A stretch of 63,723 nt of DNA, filler included, from 4 parts of 4 records of this genome joined end to end with filler, not necessarily neighbours in it; one strand, 5' to 3'. Shown: positions 38,601 to 49,683, counted from the whole stretch's first letter. The notes: generated by a model from the sequence alone, not told the origin. Program-made: numbers and translations.

Positions 38601-41002
38601 TGGGAGAGCATAGATGCAGCAAGTAGAGCAGTACGGTATTGTACTATGTCAAAACCAGGCGTGCACAAGTACACCATATACCTGAATAACATAGCAGAGT
38701 AGTACTGAAGGGCGCAGCCTCGCAAATCCGCTGTTGTGTCGGCACAATATACACCAGCCCATTTCCGAATTTCTAGTATAGTCGTATAAGCCATATCAAT
38801 CCCTCCACCATATTGGCGCTCTCCACCCAGGGTCCAGGGCATATCGACGTCTGGACCGTAGATGTCCTTGACAAGTTCTTGCAGTTTCGGTTCTACCTTG
38901 GCGAATTCAAGAGAAGAGACAGCATGTTCCATTATAAGCGAAGATTCCAGCTTTGTCATATCATGATACATAAACCCCTGCACGTTGGACTTACGAAAGT
39001 CCATTAACCATACTAGATTTTGGCTATCAACGATTATCGACATCGGATGCATATTTCCATGCTGCGGGCAGAGAACATAGTCAAATCTATCGTAACGAAA
39101 CGCAAAGCTAGTCAAGTGCGCAGCAAGGTCAGTCAGATCTCTTGCACACTTTTCACCATCTGGATTCTTCGTAATGAACTGTGTCAGCGCGTCCACAACC
39201 CTGGGTCCTTTTGTATCTTCTCCCTCTTTTTCGAGAAATGCATTCTGTATAACCTCTGCAAGACTACCCATATCTCCGTATAGGTAAGGGTCCGACAAGA
39301 GGCCTCCTTTTCGTACTGTATAATTATGATCACCGGCATGATTCTCGGGATAAAGTCCCTCCCCGAACAAAATCTCGATCACCCTTTCCACACGCAGCAT
39401 TCCCTCTACCGGAAAATTACCTCCAGCGACGACAACCTTCTTCGTTGCAATATCCCTTGAGTAAGAGTACAAAGCAGAAAGATGCACCATGTGGCACCTC
39501 ATCTTAAGTGTATCGAGCGACCAAAACTTATTCCTCATTTCAAACAACTGCGCTGACACCAAACCACCATCTTCGCGTTCAATCGTTACTCCCTTTTTCC
39601 GCTTCGGGCAGCACGAACCGCACATTCTTTCGGACATGGATTCGTAATTTTTCACCTCTTGCGCATGAAAATCATCCGTAAAACGCAATGATGCCATAGA
39701 CGGATATTGTGGATTCCCGCAACGGTCATATGAACGAACCACAAAAAACAAGGAATCATTGTCGTGTCCCCGAAACAACAACCGAATCTGGGGTGCATAC
39801 CATCCATTTTTTGAGAAGAGCGCATTCAAAGCTTGATGTACACAGTGCACATCAGAGATTGACATACGAGGATCCCAATGTCCAGGCGGCTCCCACCACG
39901 ACACGTCTACAAAAGCGCCATCGTTGCCTCGCCCAGGGTTTTTGTCTCCGGTTGCTGACGAAGGCGCTATGGCTGCCAGCCTCGTACACAACTCGGGTGC
40001 AGCTAAGGTGGTCGGCACCCACATCCAAAAGCTTGACTGAGCTCCAAGAAGCTGCCTTGTTTGAAATATGGAGGTGTCTGGGAGCCCTCGGGCACTTGCA
40101 TGGACGAGATGAACTATTGCTAGTGTTGGGAGGCCCGGGAACTTTCTACTTGTCCGCCATCTTGTAATTGTTGTCACTGTTTTTCGAATATCCGGGACAT
40201 CAAGCCTGTTGACTCCCATCTCTGCCTCTAAACAGGATATGACCTCTTTCTGGACTATATCTTCTGACTCCATGTCGGTGTTCAGTGCTACTGCCCTTGA
40301 AGGAACACCTTGCCTATGAGCCATAGTACTTAACCCTGAATTCTTGGCGCTCGGACGGCTTAACTCAAATATCTCCATAGCAACATGCTCGCTCATACCC
40401 TCTGCCTCACTCCACTCGGACCGATGCAATAGAACATCGATGTGTCTAACCACTCTATATATACCTCCTGTACCCCCATCCTCTACATAAGAAGATTGAA
40501 CGAGACCGCACTCCAACGACTCCATCTCGTGAACCAAGGAGGACATCGCGCCAATATCCCACAAATGAATGGGCACATCAGCTTCTTCGAGGATATTCCT
40601 CAATTCATATGCTGTCGTATCTGAAGGAAGAGCCTCCAGGTAGAACATAGAAGTTATACCAGTTCCTTCCAACATGGATGAAGTTACAATATAAACGGTG
40701 GGCGGGACTGCCGACACTTCTTCATATGAAACCTTATTAATATCAACCCCGTGCCGCCGGCACAATGCTTTGTGGGTATCTTCGTCTTTCGGCTCTTGGT
40801 ATTCCGAGTTCATTAGGGCAAGTAAGTGACATCTTCTCCTCAGATCTTGCTTTTGGGGGTTACTCTTTAGGACTGGATCATGGGGGTCGAAGAACTGAGA
40901 GCGCACCAAGTTATCGAAAAGAATTCGCGTTTGCTCTTCCAGTGAGTTGTTGACCTCAGCGACAGACTTTTTTCCTCCAACCATTCCGAAATCCAGAGTC
41001 AC
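35687..41002 (-). CDS. NLR-like protein: N-terminal Nudix-like and kinase-like (TCAD9/APH-like) domains, NACHT NTPase, ribonuclease-inhibitor-type LRRs
   Basis: 1771-aa single ORF. Walker A GAPTAGKTT, Walker B LFLFIDGFD, FPTLEIQEYLAA (NACHT winged-helix motif) and about nine 28-aa LxxLxLxxNxIGxxG repeats. Start is GTG 41002 or the ATG 18 nt downstream. Confidence 0.88.
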   Translation of the reverse strand: MTLDFGMVGGKKSVAEVNNSLEEQTRILFDNLVRSQFFDPHDPVLKSNPQKQDLRRRCHLLALMNSEYQEPKDEDTHKALCRRHGVDINKVSYEEVSAVPPTVYIVTSSMLEGTGITSMFYLEALPSDTTAYELRNILEEADVPIHLWDIGAMSSLVHEMESLECGLVQSSYVEDGGTGGIYRVVRHIDVLLHRSEWSEAEGMSEHVAMEIFELSRPSAKNSGLSTMAHRQGVPSRAVALNTDMESEDIVQKEVISCLEAEMGVNRLDVPDIRKTVTTITRWRTSRKFPGLPTLAIVHLVHASARGLPDTSIFQTRQLLGAQSSFWMWVPTTLAAPELCTRLAAIAPSSATGDKNPGRGNDGAFVDVSWWEPPGHWDPRMSISDVHCVHQALNALFSKNGWYAPQIRLLFRGHDNDSLFFVVRSYDRCGNPQYPSMASLRFTDDFHAQEVKNYESMSERMCGSCCPKRKKGVTIEREDGGLVSAQLFEMRNKFWSLDTLKMRCHMVHLSALYSYSRDIATKKVVVAGGNFPVEGMLRVERVIEILFGEGLYPENHAGDHNYTVRKGGLLSDPYLYGDMGSLAEVIQNAFLEKEGEDTKGPRVVDALTQFITKNPDGEKCARDLTDLAAHLTSFAFRYDRFDYVLCPQHGNMHPMSIIVDSQNLVWLMDFRKSNVQGFMYHDMTKLESSLIMEHAVSSLEFAKVEPKLQELVKDIYGPDVDMPWTLGGERQYGGGIDMAYTTILEIRKWAGVYCADTTADLRGCALQYYSAMLFRYMVYLCTPGFDIVQYRTALLAASMLSQRVRTVSQRLTKRNRIASNWTGSLIEQEENLAINLDQRDVFAYGHEAIEKFMNIIHPISKEKSSIFDILLPTRFLPHHERQKPYWNERFEKGKVTVDELMKEDSAESSVGKSELPSHPETPNTGNLPSSPINPKKQLRNIRADSGATIFSVEMKEGRDSIAPSVNENQVRFLEAPEVVEDYSLFGPERWILESANWKHGPTHLLVVGAPTAGKTTTMIQLFLLAMFSSRTYSGGSSRPSSKGSMSGDELSSYIPLYIPLLDFVDETQELFDHKLNPLEQYMAKTFSSNSRTLRMMRKWRLKGKLFLFIDGFDYIRQECLPRIVTFLQMMAGEGHRLVVSMCPACFTEVLLPTFGANPLKTQKIEEKASRRFKKKVIWRWDWSLLQELNENTRRGVSGAFLSKSGTKEEPGKFVGHLSTSYYYTTLSRYPFTLSLLCHIYLINERKLPIGRDSPKVYSAMVNGMLDGSGVLSSEVRNFVDRLAYELHMKGEGSRDFLGREANFLGPEQWEMLQPLVEGGDLKILVRVGTESDDGQPVYRFPTLEIQEYLAANHLGRKLLARLDGSTAALQEVNNSLNAQSKTGDLLRALHKLSEYVDGVREYLPTLFGDKMRGLEGEWLRNVVGFMMIMLNDDDKTTMLMLALQSMENSTAQRKALRWLASEKPIIPAAMYPFVRFAGLDRKKIGAHPLPNFMQSLCLNDCDIEAEDAMRLVSVLLKCETLSTLRLCGNNMFAEGMPAVADLLKSSASLLILNLEDNHIGDEGATHLSKAIETNGNLQSLYLGHNAIGPKGTVALAQALTKNVSIRLFYLGYNNIMADGVAALCECLETNTTLDNLSLKHNNVGRHGASVLNHMLRQNTTLKSLKLGGNRFSHDGVTSLCNALEVNTGLRSLFFGNNDVTDSGATAFAHMLKKNKTLEELYLGGNKITIGGQKELETVCIEENKVVKIKGFDDAELVPDGRWMVGGEDFEFD

Positions 41003-41419
41003 TAGCTCCTATAGCTTCTATTGCTCATTGTCTTGTAGTATAGTAGCATCTTGGTGTACTTCATGGACTTGGTCTTAAATATGAAAAGCAACCGACAGCT
41101 AGTATCACGAATTCCGGAGTCACTTCTCGAAACAGCAGGAACACACCAAAAGCGTTAGTTAGCAAGTCTGGTGGGCGATCCGCCGCCATTCGCCTACCGT
41201 ACAGATCGTGAATGGACGCCAACCCCCTCCTCCCCCCCTCCCTGTCACCTCCATCGCTGGCCCTTCGGTCGCTGCTGGTCCGGGCTGGACCGACTGGGGC
41301 CTTCCCCCAATACGTAGGTTTGTCTCGTTACAAGGCTATAGCCTACGCACAGTCCGGTCCGAACAGCGGCTCGCGACTGTGCACACTCAATCGAATGGGC
41401 CACAACTGACGGGCGCTCT

Positions 41420-42110
41420 TCCCCACTGCTGACCGCCGGCTGACGGAGAAGGCCGCGCCGGGGGCCGGCCGCGTCCGGTCGCGTCAGCCCCGGGCGGCGC
41501 CTGCCGGGCCGCCCGGCGGGCGCCGGCGGGGCCCGCGCGCCGGCAGCCCGGCCGGCGCGGGCCACCCCGCCCGGGGGGGGCGCCCGAGGCCCGGAACGGG
41601 CTAGAGTTAGCGGTTATAAGTTGAGGATTTTGTATTTCCGACATGTGCAAACCCGAAACAGGGGTTCCCGCCAAAATAAGAAATGACCCGGCGCGCGCCA
41701 CCTCCTGGCCCCGAGACCGGACGGCTCGGGCCGGGGGCCGCGCCGCGCCGGCCGGGGCCCCCCGCCGGGGCCCGGCCGGCAAGCCCCTACCTGACGAGGA
41801 CAGAGCCCAAGACCCCAAAAGCCACCCAACACCGAGTCCCGCGCCGCGGCGCACCCACTGGCTCGCCCAGGCGGCCGGCACTCAGGCGGGCCGGGCCGGC
41901 CGGGCTCACAGTACTACGGTGCCCGCTGGGCCGGGCGGCCTCCGAGTCAGCCCGATGTGAATGCCGGAGCGGCCGGAGCCTGCGGGGACACGCTGCGGCG
42001 GCGGCCCGGCCCCCCACTGGCGCCGTCTCGGTGGTCCCCGGCTTGCGGCTGCGCGACCTCCCACCCTGCCCTCCGCAGGGCCATAGGTCGCAGCCTGGCC
42101 GAAGGTGCGA
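41420..42110. promoter_or_regulatory. GC-rich island between the divergent NLR-like and BRCT genes
   Basis: Two very GC-rich blocks flanking a short AT-richer core at 41600-41690. Confidence 0.45.
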
Positions 42111-42209
42111 CGGGACCCGTCACCCCTGACGAGAACGTCTGTGCATGAAGCTCCTCCATATGTCCTGGACGGCGCGTGCTATTAGTATTGCAGCGATACC
42201 AACTATTAG

Positions 42210-45200
42210 TTGCCAGGAGGTTCGGAGTTCAGGAAGGCACTGACAGGAATGGCGCCCCTGTTGCCCACTTTCTTTTCGAAGATTGTGTATTCTATTGACC
42301 AGGAGTCAGTGTCTCCGTATCTGTCGCTAGAGGTATGTGACATACGCACGCTGGGGGCTTTGTCTGACACAATAGTAGCTATCCAAGAGACTTGACGCTT
42401 ACCGGGCCAAGAAGGCGTCATCTGGACTCCTAGCAACACATATTTTCGCAAACACCACTGATATCGACCGGAAGAAGTTGCACTGGTCTCCACAAGCCAC
42501 TGTCACATCCGCTGTATGGGTTTTTGCATCTCTAGACGCCCATGAAACTCTACCGTATGTAGTTCATGCTTTCGTGGCTGAGTCATCTAATCTCTCTGAT
42601 AGTACTCGAGGGTACGCTCCTCTCGATGCATCAATGAAGGAGGAGATATCACAGAATCCTGAGTCCCGCTTGCTCATAGATGATCAGAGGGTACGAAATC
42701 TTTTTCTGCCTTATTCACACCTAACGTTCCTTCAGCTACTGAACACCGAAAGATCTCACTGTCTGACTATTGCTGAGGCTCTAGGATTTAGTCTGAGGCT
42801 TGTCGGAAGCATCGAAGAAAATGAAACCGAAAATTTTTCATCGATTGTAGGACCCCGCACGTTGCCCCCTTGCACACCGGTCGAACCTATTTATAGAAGA
42901 CTGGGTGGTGTTCACAGCCGATGGCTGATTGACTGCTATTCCCAAAAGCGCATCATCGAGAAGGCGGGCTATGAGACGGACATCATGCCGCAGATTGGTG
43001 AGCATACACTCCAAGGAGCCAGGGTGTATCTGGGGGACTTCGATAAGGAACCATTGGACAAGACCCAATCCGCTGAGGAGTTGATTCGCCGCACGGGGGG
43101 TGTTGTGACCAAGACTTTTGAAGAAGCTGATGCAATATTGATGCGGTACGATGATGGGCACAAAGGAAGTAGCTCTCTTGTGAACAGGGTGAGTGGATCT
43201 CAACCAATTCTTTGTTCTTGGCCTCACAGGAGTACAGGCATTGGCGATACAAAAGTCGGTGGTTACATCATATTATATTGAGGATTTCACATATAGCGGA
43301 ACCGAGTTAACACAGTCTTCATTTTGCCTCTATGTTCCACCGGTTCGCGACATTCGAGGAGCACAAAGCCTGGTAGATCTTCCGCTCCGTCTCTTTCGCA
43401 TCTGCTGACGGTATTATAGAACGTTGCTGTCTCAGGCTTTGCCGGTCTCTTCAGGATCGATGTACAGGATATGATTGGCATGTTGGGAGCGTCGCTGACC
43501 AGGAATATGGGCCGAAATGAAACCGGGGTGCTCGTTTGTGGAGAGTGAGTGGAACAACAGGCGCTCGGAAGAATTATTGTTGCTAATTTGATTGAAACAC
43601 GTAGACCTCACACCGAGAAACACATTGCCGCTATAAATTGGGGAATTCCTGTTGTGAATCACCTATGGCTAGAACACTCGATACTGGTATTGTGGCTGAT
43701 TTGTGCCCATAGACTTGTGGTTCTAGTGATTCTAATATCTGGTTTTTAGGCTGGTCAGCTCCTGGACTACGGTGACTATCGGGACATATCAGTGTCAGTT
43801 CGACGGAGCGATGCCTATGGGCGAAATCTTCAAAAGAAAATGAAGGGGTTGGTGGGTCCTCCAGCCCCTGTGAACGAACGATTGAAGAGGTATGCCGCTG
43901 CTGACTTTTCTAAGTGGGTATCCCGCTTGAAGAAACCGGACCGAGCTGCACCTGCCCCTCGCACGACGGTTGAGCCTGCGCAGGATAGAGTCCTTGCAGA
44001 AGAGACCCCAGCTGTGCATGTGCCAGCAAACGATGAGGTAGATGATGATATTCACGCCGGAAGCAAACGCCCCCGCAGGCGAATCATTGAAAGCGAAAGC
44101 GGCAGTGATGATTTGTTCAAGATCCCGAAAGTGTCAGAAAATGAAAAGTCTCCGAAGCGACCCAGTCCTGAAGTAGTTGTCATAGACTCGAAGAGTGCTG
44201 GTGACAAAGGTCATAACGCTCATTCGCCGCAAGTGCTGCATGGTATTGGGCAAGAGTCCGCTATCTCGGGCACGATCGGCAGCCCGGTGTTTGATGAGGG
44301 ATGCGACCAAGAGCCTTCCGCCAGCATTTTCCAGTTTACTGGGAATATTTCGAAACCAGACGTTGCCAAGTTTACTAAGACTATAGAAGGACTCGGAGGT
44401 AATTGAAGCCAACAAGCTTGTTTGACTTCAGCCGCTTACATTACTTGGTGTAGGGAGTGTTAGCAATGATATGGATGAAGTTACACACTTAATTCTTGGA
44501 GACATAGTGAGGTCGGAAAAATTCCTCCTTGCGTGCGCGATGGGAAAATGGATCTTGCGCACTTCATACATGTTAGTGATGCTATGGGTGGAATGTATTG
44601 TGTGCCTTAAATTGTGATTGCAGCCACTCGTGCGAGGCGGCTGAGACTTTCGTCGACGCTGAGAGGCACGAGCTGTATGGGGAAGACACTTGCAGTTCCG
44701 GAACTGTGTGGATGGGGGCCCCACGGCGATGGAGAGAGCACCTTATGGAAACTGGAGAGCGTGCGTTTGAGGAGAAGATTGGTGGGGATGCCTTTTCATT
44801 TGTTCTAAGAATATTGAATTAATCACTCAATAACAGTTATCATGCATCAACCCCATTCGCTTCGTGACAAAGATCTTTTGAAAAAGTGCAAAACATATAT
44901 CAAGTATGCTACTCGTGTCGTAAAAGCTGGAGGGGGAATCGTCACGGCATCATCTGAATGTGCTGGAAAATTGAGTGAAATGTGCTATGAAGGGAGGAAA
45001 CCTTTTGCAGTCGTTATTCCGAAAGGGGTTGTTGGTTTAGGCTATTCCGACGAATTCGTTGTTGAGGCATTAGCAGCAGGTATTCCCATTGTAAGGGAAG
45101 ACTTTTTGTTTGATTTCTTGTCTACGGAGAAAACACCAACCGTGGGAAGTTACTCACCGTTTGAAAAGGATTCTGGCACTCCGCGCAGCGGAAAGGCAAA

Positions 45201-45225
45201 CGCGGTGAAGAGAGTCAATTCATGA
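42210..45225 (+). CDS. Multi-BRCT-domain DNA-damage scaffold (PTIP/Rtt107/TopBP1-like), multi-exon; start approximate
   Basis: BRCT signatures VAVSGF...MLGASLT...EKHIAAINWGIPVVNHLWLEHSI, FQFTG...IEGLGG|...VTHLILGDIVRSEKFLLACAMGKWILRTSY and AGIPIVREDFLFD. Confidence 0.78.
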
Positions 45226-45345
45226 TTAGGTAAAGAAATTTTTAATGGTACAAGTTCATCTTTTTGCCAACGCATAGCACGGCGTTTTAGCGAGTCGGGC
45301 GTGATCGAGCCTGTGTCAGGACGGACATGAGGGCGGCCTTCATTC

Positions 45346-46405
45346 TCAGAAGTCATCATCAGAACCAGCTGCTGGCTTTTCGTCCATCTTGTTGAGCAAC
45401 TTCACATACCACTTGCTAATGACTTGAACGAACTCATCAAAGGTCAGCTCGCCGTCGCCCTCCATCATCTCAATGCGCTTGTCGTACTGCATTACATTGA
45501 AGAGCTCCTTGCACTCCTCCTGATCTTCCTCATCGGGAGCAAGATCTGCAATCACATCGCATATCTCGATCCAATCGGCGCTGCCGTTCTCATCACCATC
45601 GTACTCATTCCAAACCTCTTGCAGGTGGTCCTTGTCTTCGGGCGAAAGATTTTTTCGCTTCTTGGGAGGGGCCTTAGCGACGGGCTGGGCAGCCTCCGAG
45701 ACAGGCGCGGGAGCTGGCGCAACACTTTCGACACTCTGAATGCTGCACTCCTGCTCTACACTCTTAATTTCGGGCTGAGGGGACGCAGACAGAACTTGGA
45801 CCTCCTCCTGAGCCTTCTCTTCCGCCATCGGGCTCTTGACCTCTGTGGTCTCAACTCTTGGGGATTCAACTGCCACGGGTTCAACTGGAGCCTTCGCAAC
45901 CTCGGCGGGGGCAGGGGAAGGGGAAGGGGAAGGGGAAGGGGCGGCCTTCTTCATTCCTACAGGGGTGGGAATATCGTCGTCGCTCTCCTCAGCCTCGCTA
46001 TCGCTCAGTTCAGGGTCAGATTCGTTCTCATAGACTTCATTAACCTCATTCTGCTGTTCGGGTCTCGCGTTTGCCACACTGTCCTCCTCCCCACTGGATT
46101 CCTCCTGCTTGTCGTGAACATCATGAGCATCCCAATCACTATCACTGTCGTCGGCGAACATTGCATCAAGCTTCTTCAAAGTCTCCGCCTTGCGGTCAAG
46201 TACAGGCTTTGGAGATAAAGGCTTGGCAACAGGAGTGGGCTTCGTCACCGTTTCTTCCTTGGCCTCTTCTTTTGCTTCCACTTTCTTGGGAGTTGCTTCC
46301 ACTTCCTTAGGAGTTGCTTCCACCTTCTTGGCTTCTTCCACTACAACCTCAACCGGCTTCTCGGCAACAACCGGCTTCTCGGCAACAACCGGTTTCTCGG
46401 CAACA
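45346..46405 (-). CDS. Partial acidic E/K/P/V-rich protein with C-terminal EF-hand pair
   Basis: DHLQEVWNEYDGDENGSADWIE and GDGELTFDEFVQVI. The 5' end runs into the gap. Confidence 0.75.
46351..46404. repeat. Three 18-bp coding tandem repeats (VAEKPV)
   Basis: aaccggcttctcggcaac twice plus one variant, ending at the contig break. Confidence 0.85.
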
Positions 46406-46505
46406 NNNNNNNNNNNNNNNNNNNNNNNNNNNNNNNNNNNNNNNNNNNNTTAATTAATTAANNNNNNNNNNNNNNNNNNNNNNNNNNNNNNNNNNNNNNN
46501 NNNNN
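46406..46505. other. Artificial contig spacer
   Basis: N44-TTAATTAATTAA-N44. Confidence 0.98.
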
Positions 46506-46940
46506 CACACGCTGGCGCTGCCCGCCCGAAAGCTGGTCAATCCGCCGGTCCGCCAGCATATCGATATGCATCATTTCCAGCATCGCATCGACGCGTGCAT
46601 CGCGTTCTTTGCCCGGCACCCCATGCACCTTAAGCCCATAGGCAACGTTTTCCGCCACCGTCATATTGGGAAACAGCGCATAGGACTGAAACACCATGCC
46701 GACCCGGCGTTTTTCAATCGACTGGCGGGTGACATCATCCCCGTCAAAGCTGATCACACCGCCCGCGTCAGAAAATTCCAACCCGGCAATCATGCGCAAA
46801 ATCGTCGTCTTGCCGCATCCCGACGGGCCAAGCAGAACAATCGTTTCCCCGCCCTCAATCGTCAGGTCAAAGGGGGCCAGGGCGCGCGTGCCATCGGCAA
46901 AGGTTTTCGCACAATTGCGAAGTCTGATCTGCGTACTCAT
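46506..46940 (-). CDS. ABC transporter ATP-binding subunit (PotA/FbpC class), truncated by contig end
   Basis: Walker A GPSGCGKTT, Q-loop VGMVFQSYALFP and signature LSGGQRQRV. Confidence 0.95.
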
Positions 46941-47761
46941 AACGTATCCTCCGCCGTATCAATGCGTCTGGATGCGCGACTGCCCCGGTTGGCAAGTGCC
47001 TGCATCGCAATCAGCAACGGCATGATCAAAACAAAGAAAATCAGGGTATAGGCACTGCCGATTTCAAGGCGCATGGATGCATAGGCATCGGCAAGACCAA
47101 CCGGCAATGTCTTGGTTAACGGCGTATGCAGCATCCAGGTCAGGTTGAATTCCCCGATGGAAAGCGTCACCACCATAAGCGCCCCTGCCAGAATACCCGG
47201 CTTGGCATTGGGCACGATCACGCCAAAGAACCGCCGCCAGAACCCGGCCCCAAGGCTTGCCGCCCCTTCTTCCAGCATCTTCATATCCATCGCTGCCATC
47301 ACGGCCGCGACAGAGCGCACCATGAAAGGCAGGGTAAACAAAACATGCCCGGTCAGGATGAAAAGCCAGCTTGATCTGTATCCACTGACCCCGCCATAGG
47401 TGATCAGCAACGCCAGCGCCAATGCCAGCCCCGGTATGGCCACCGGAAGTGTCAGCAATTCCTCAAACAGCCGCATCATCCGGCTGGGCCGTCGCACCAG
47501 CACATAAGCCAGCGGCACACCCGCCACCAACGTCACCACAAGGCACGCCATCGCAATGCCAAGCGACAGCAGGATGCTTTGCGCATAAAGGTCCCAGACC
47601 TCGAAGATCCAGCGCAACGTCAATCCCGACGATAGCCCCTTGAACACATTGACCGTCACCCCGGCCAATGCCGACATCACCACCGGCACCACGATAAACA
47701 GGCACAGCACAATCGTCAGGCCAAGCTGGCTGTAAAATTTCCCGTCACGCCGCATGATCAC
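46937..47761 (-). CDS. ABC transporter permease (PotC-like)
   Basis: TM helices and EAA loop LEEGAASLGA. 4-bp overlaps with neighbouring genes. Confidence 0.93.
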   Translation of the reverse strand: MIMRRDGKFYSQLGLTIVLCLFIVVPVVMSALAGVTVNVFKGLSSGLTLRWIFEVWDLYAQSILLSLGIAMACLVVTLVAGVPLAYVLVRRPSRMMRLFEELLTLPVAIPGLALALALLITYGGVSGYRSSWLFILTGHVLFTLPFMVRSVAAVMAAMDMKMLEEGAASLGAGFWRRFFGVIVPNAKPGILAGALMVVTLSIGEFNLTWMLHTPLTKTLPVGLADAYASMRLEIGSAYTLIFFVLIMPLLIAMQALANRGSRASRRIDTAEDTL

Positions 47762-48678
47762 GCTCCCCCACCGGTGCCCGATGTCGCACCATTACCAACA
47801 AAAATGCGCACCGCGGCCAGAACCGCCCATGTCATCGCACCCAACGCGATGCTGAGCGCCGCTGCCACCGCGATATTGGCGTTTCGGGTAAATTCGGTAT
47901 AGATCACCATCGGCAGAACATCGATATCGGTCGCCAGCGTAAAGGCCGTGCCAAACGCCCCCATCGCGGTCGCAAAACAGATCGCACCCGACGACACAAG
48001 ACCGGGCAGAAGCCCCGGCAGGATCACATCCCGGACCACCCGCCATGTCGGAGCACCCAGCGACCGGGCGGCTTCTTCAAGCTGCGGATCAAGCTTCTCG
48101 GCCGATGCCATGACGGCCAAAATCACCCGCGGGATCGAAAAATAAAGATAGCCGACAAACAGCCCGGTGATTTCATAGGCAAAGACGATCTTCTCGCCCC
48201 AAAGCGCATCCGTGACCGACCCGATCACGCCCTGCCGTCCCGCCAGCATGATCACCATGAACCCAACCACCGTCCCCGGAAACGAGAGCGGCAGGGTCAA
48301 AAGGGCGGTAATCACATTGCGCCCGGCAAACCGGTTGCGCACCAGAAACAGCCCGCAAATCCCGCACAGAATAAGCGCCGTCACCGTCACCCCCGCCGAC
48401 ATCACAAGCGTCTGGATCAAACTGGCGAGATAACGCTCATTTGTCAGGATCACGAAATAGGTCGCAAGCCCGTCCGGCCCATCCGCCACCCGCATCGCCA
48501 CCAGCGCCATCGGAAGGATAAAAAACGCCGCCACAATGATCAGGCCGGGCAACATCAACAATGCCAGAATGGCCGGGCTTCCCGCCCCCGGCGTTGCCCG
48601 CCCGAAAACACGGGATAATAAAGACAATGGGAAAGAAGGGCGCGAACGCCCCTCTTTGATATGTTCAACCGACGACAC
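47758..48678 (-). CDS. ABC transporter permease (PotB-like)
   Basis: EAA loop LEEAARSLGA and TM helices. Confidence 0.93.
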   Translation of the reverse strand: MSSVEHIKEGRSRPSFPLSLLSRVFGRATPGAGSPAILALLMLPGLIIVAAFFILPMALVAMRVADGPDGLATYFVILTNERYLASLIQTLVMSAGVTVTALILCGICGLFLVRNRFAGRNVITALLTLPLSFPGTVVGFMVIMLAGRQGVIGSVTDALWGEKIVFAYEITGLFVGYLYFSIPRVILAVMASAEKLDPQLEEAARSLGAPTWRVVRDVILPGLLPGLVSSGAICFATAMGAFGTAFTLATDIDVLPMVIYTEFTRNANIAVAAALSIALGAMTWAVLAAVRIFVGNGATSGTGGGA

Positions 48679-49683
48679 TTACCGCACCTCGGACAGATAA
48701 CGCTCGCCAAAACCGGCCTGAACTTCGGCCATCTTGGCGTAATCGACCGGCTGGGAACGCTCATATTCCGCGGCCGGAAGGAACTTTTCGGAGGCTTCCG
48801 GCGACATCGCCGATGCAATCACCGGGCGCAGGAACGCATTGGCCCAATGGGCCTGCCCCGCATCCGACATCACATAATCGAGAACCTTCTTGCCATTGTC
48901 CGCATGCGGCCCGTTTTTCACCAGGCTCATGACATAGGGAACGGCAACCGTGCCCTCGGTCGGGATGACAAAGGCGACACTCGCCTCGTCCTTGTATTTC
49001 GCACGATAGGCATTGAAATCATAATCGATCAGGATCGGAATTTCGCCCGACAGAACCCGCGCATAGGCGGTCTGTTTCGGCACGATCGGATCGTTTGCTT
49101 TCAGTTTTTTGAAAAACTCGATCCCCGGCGTGAAATCGTCAAGCGATCCACCCATCGCCCGGTTGATCGCAACCGCACCGGCATAACCGACAAACGCGCT
49201 TGACGGGTCAAGATAGCCCACCATGCCCTTGTATTCCGGCTTCAAAAGGTCCGACCAGCTTTGCGGAACCGGTGCCCCGCCAAGGGCTTCGGTATTGACA
49301 AAAAGCCCGATGGTGCCGGAATGAATGGCAAACCACGCGCCGTTCTCATCTTTCAGGCCCGCCGGGATCTTGTCGAAATTGGCCGGTTTGTAATCGGCAA
49401 CAACGCCTTCCTCTTTGGCCTTGATGCCAAACGAAACCCCGTAATAGGCCACATCGGCAACCGGATTATCCTTTTCCGCCAGAAGCTGGGATAACGTCTG
49501 ACCGGAATTCTTGTTGTCCTGCGGCACATCGATTTTAAGGTCGCGCGCAATGTTCTTAAGCTGCCCGCCCCAATCGGCCCATTCTGGCGGACAGTTATAG
49601 CAAATCGCAACATCTTCGGCGAAGGCAGGCTGCGCAGCCACAACAGCAAACGCCGCACCCATGACAAGTTGTTTGAAACGCAC
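48679..49683 (-). CDS. ABC transporter substrate-binding protein (PotD/AfuA-like)
   Basis: GTG start at 49683 after an AGGAAG RBS. Signal peptide MRFKQLVMGAAFAVVAAQPAFA. Motifs ICYNCPPEWADW and PQSWSDLLKPEYKG. Confidence 0.9.
   Translation of the reverse strand: MRFKQLVMGAAFAVVAAQPAFAEDVAICYNCPPEWADWGGQLKNIARDLKIDVPQDNKNSGQTLSQLLAEKDNPVADVAYYGVSFGIKAKEEGVVADYKPANFDKIPAGLKDENGAWFAIHSGTIGLFVNTEALGGAPVPQSWSDLLKPEYKGMVGYLDPSSAFVGYAGAVAINRAMGGSLDDFTPGIEFFKKLKANDPIVPKQTAYARVLSGEIPILIDYDFNAYRAKYKDEASVAFVIPTEGTVAVPYVMSLVKNGPHADNGKKVLDYVMSDAGQAHWANAFLRPVIASAMSPEASEKFLPAAEYERSQPVDYAKMAEVQAGFGERYLSEVR

Noticed and set aside
45424-46218. Long antisense ORFs (also 34448-35215, 36204-36971, 62741-63460)
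   Set aside because: They are shadows of well-supported genes on the opposite strand.
46351-46404. Short direct repeats as a possible CRISPR array
   Set aside because: They are contiguous 18-bp in-frame coding repeats with no spacers and no cas genes.
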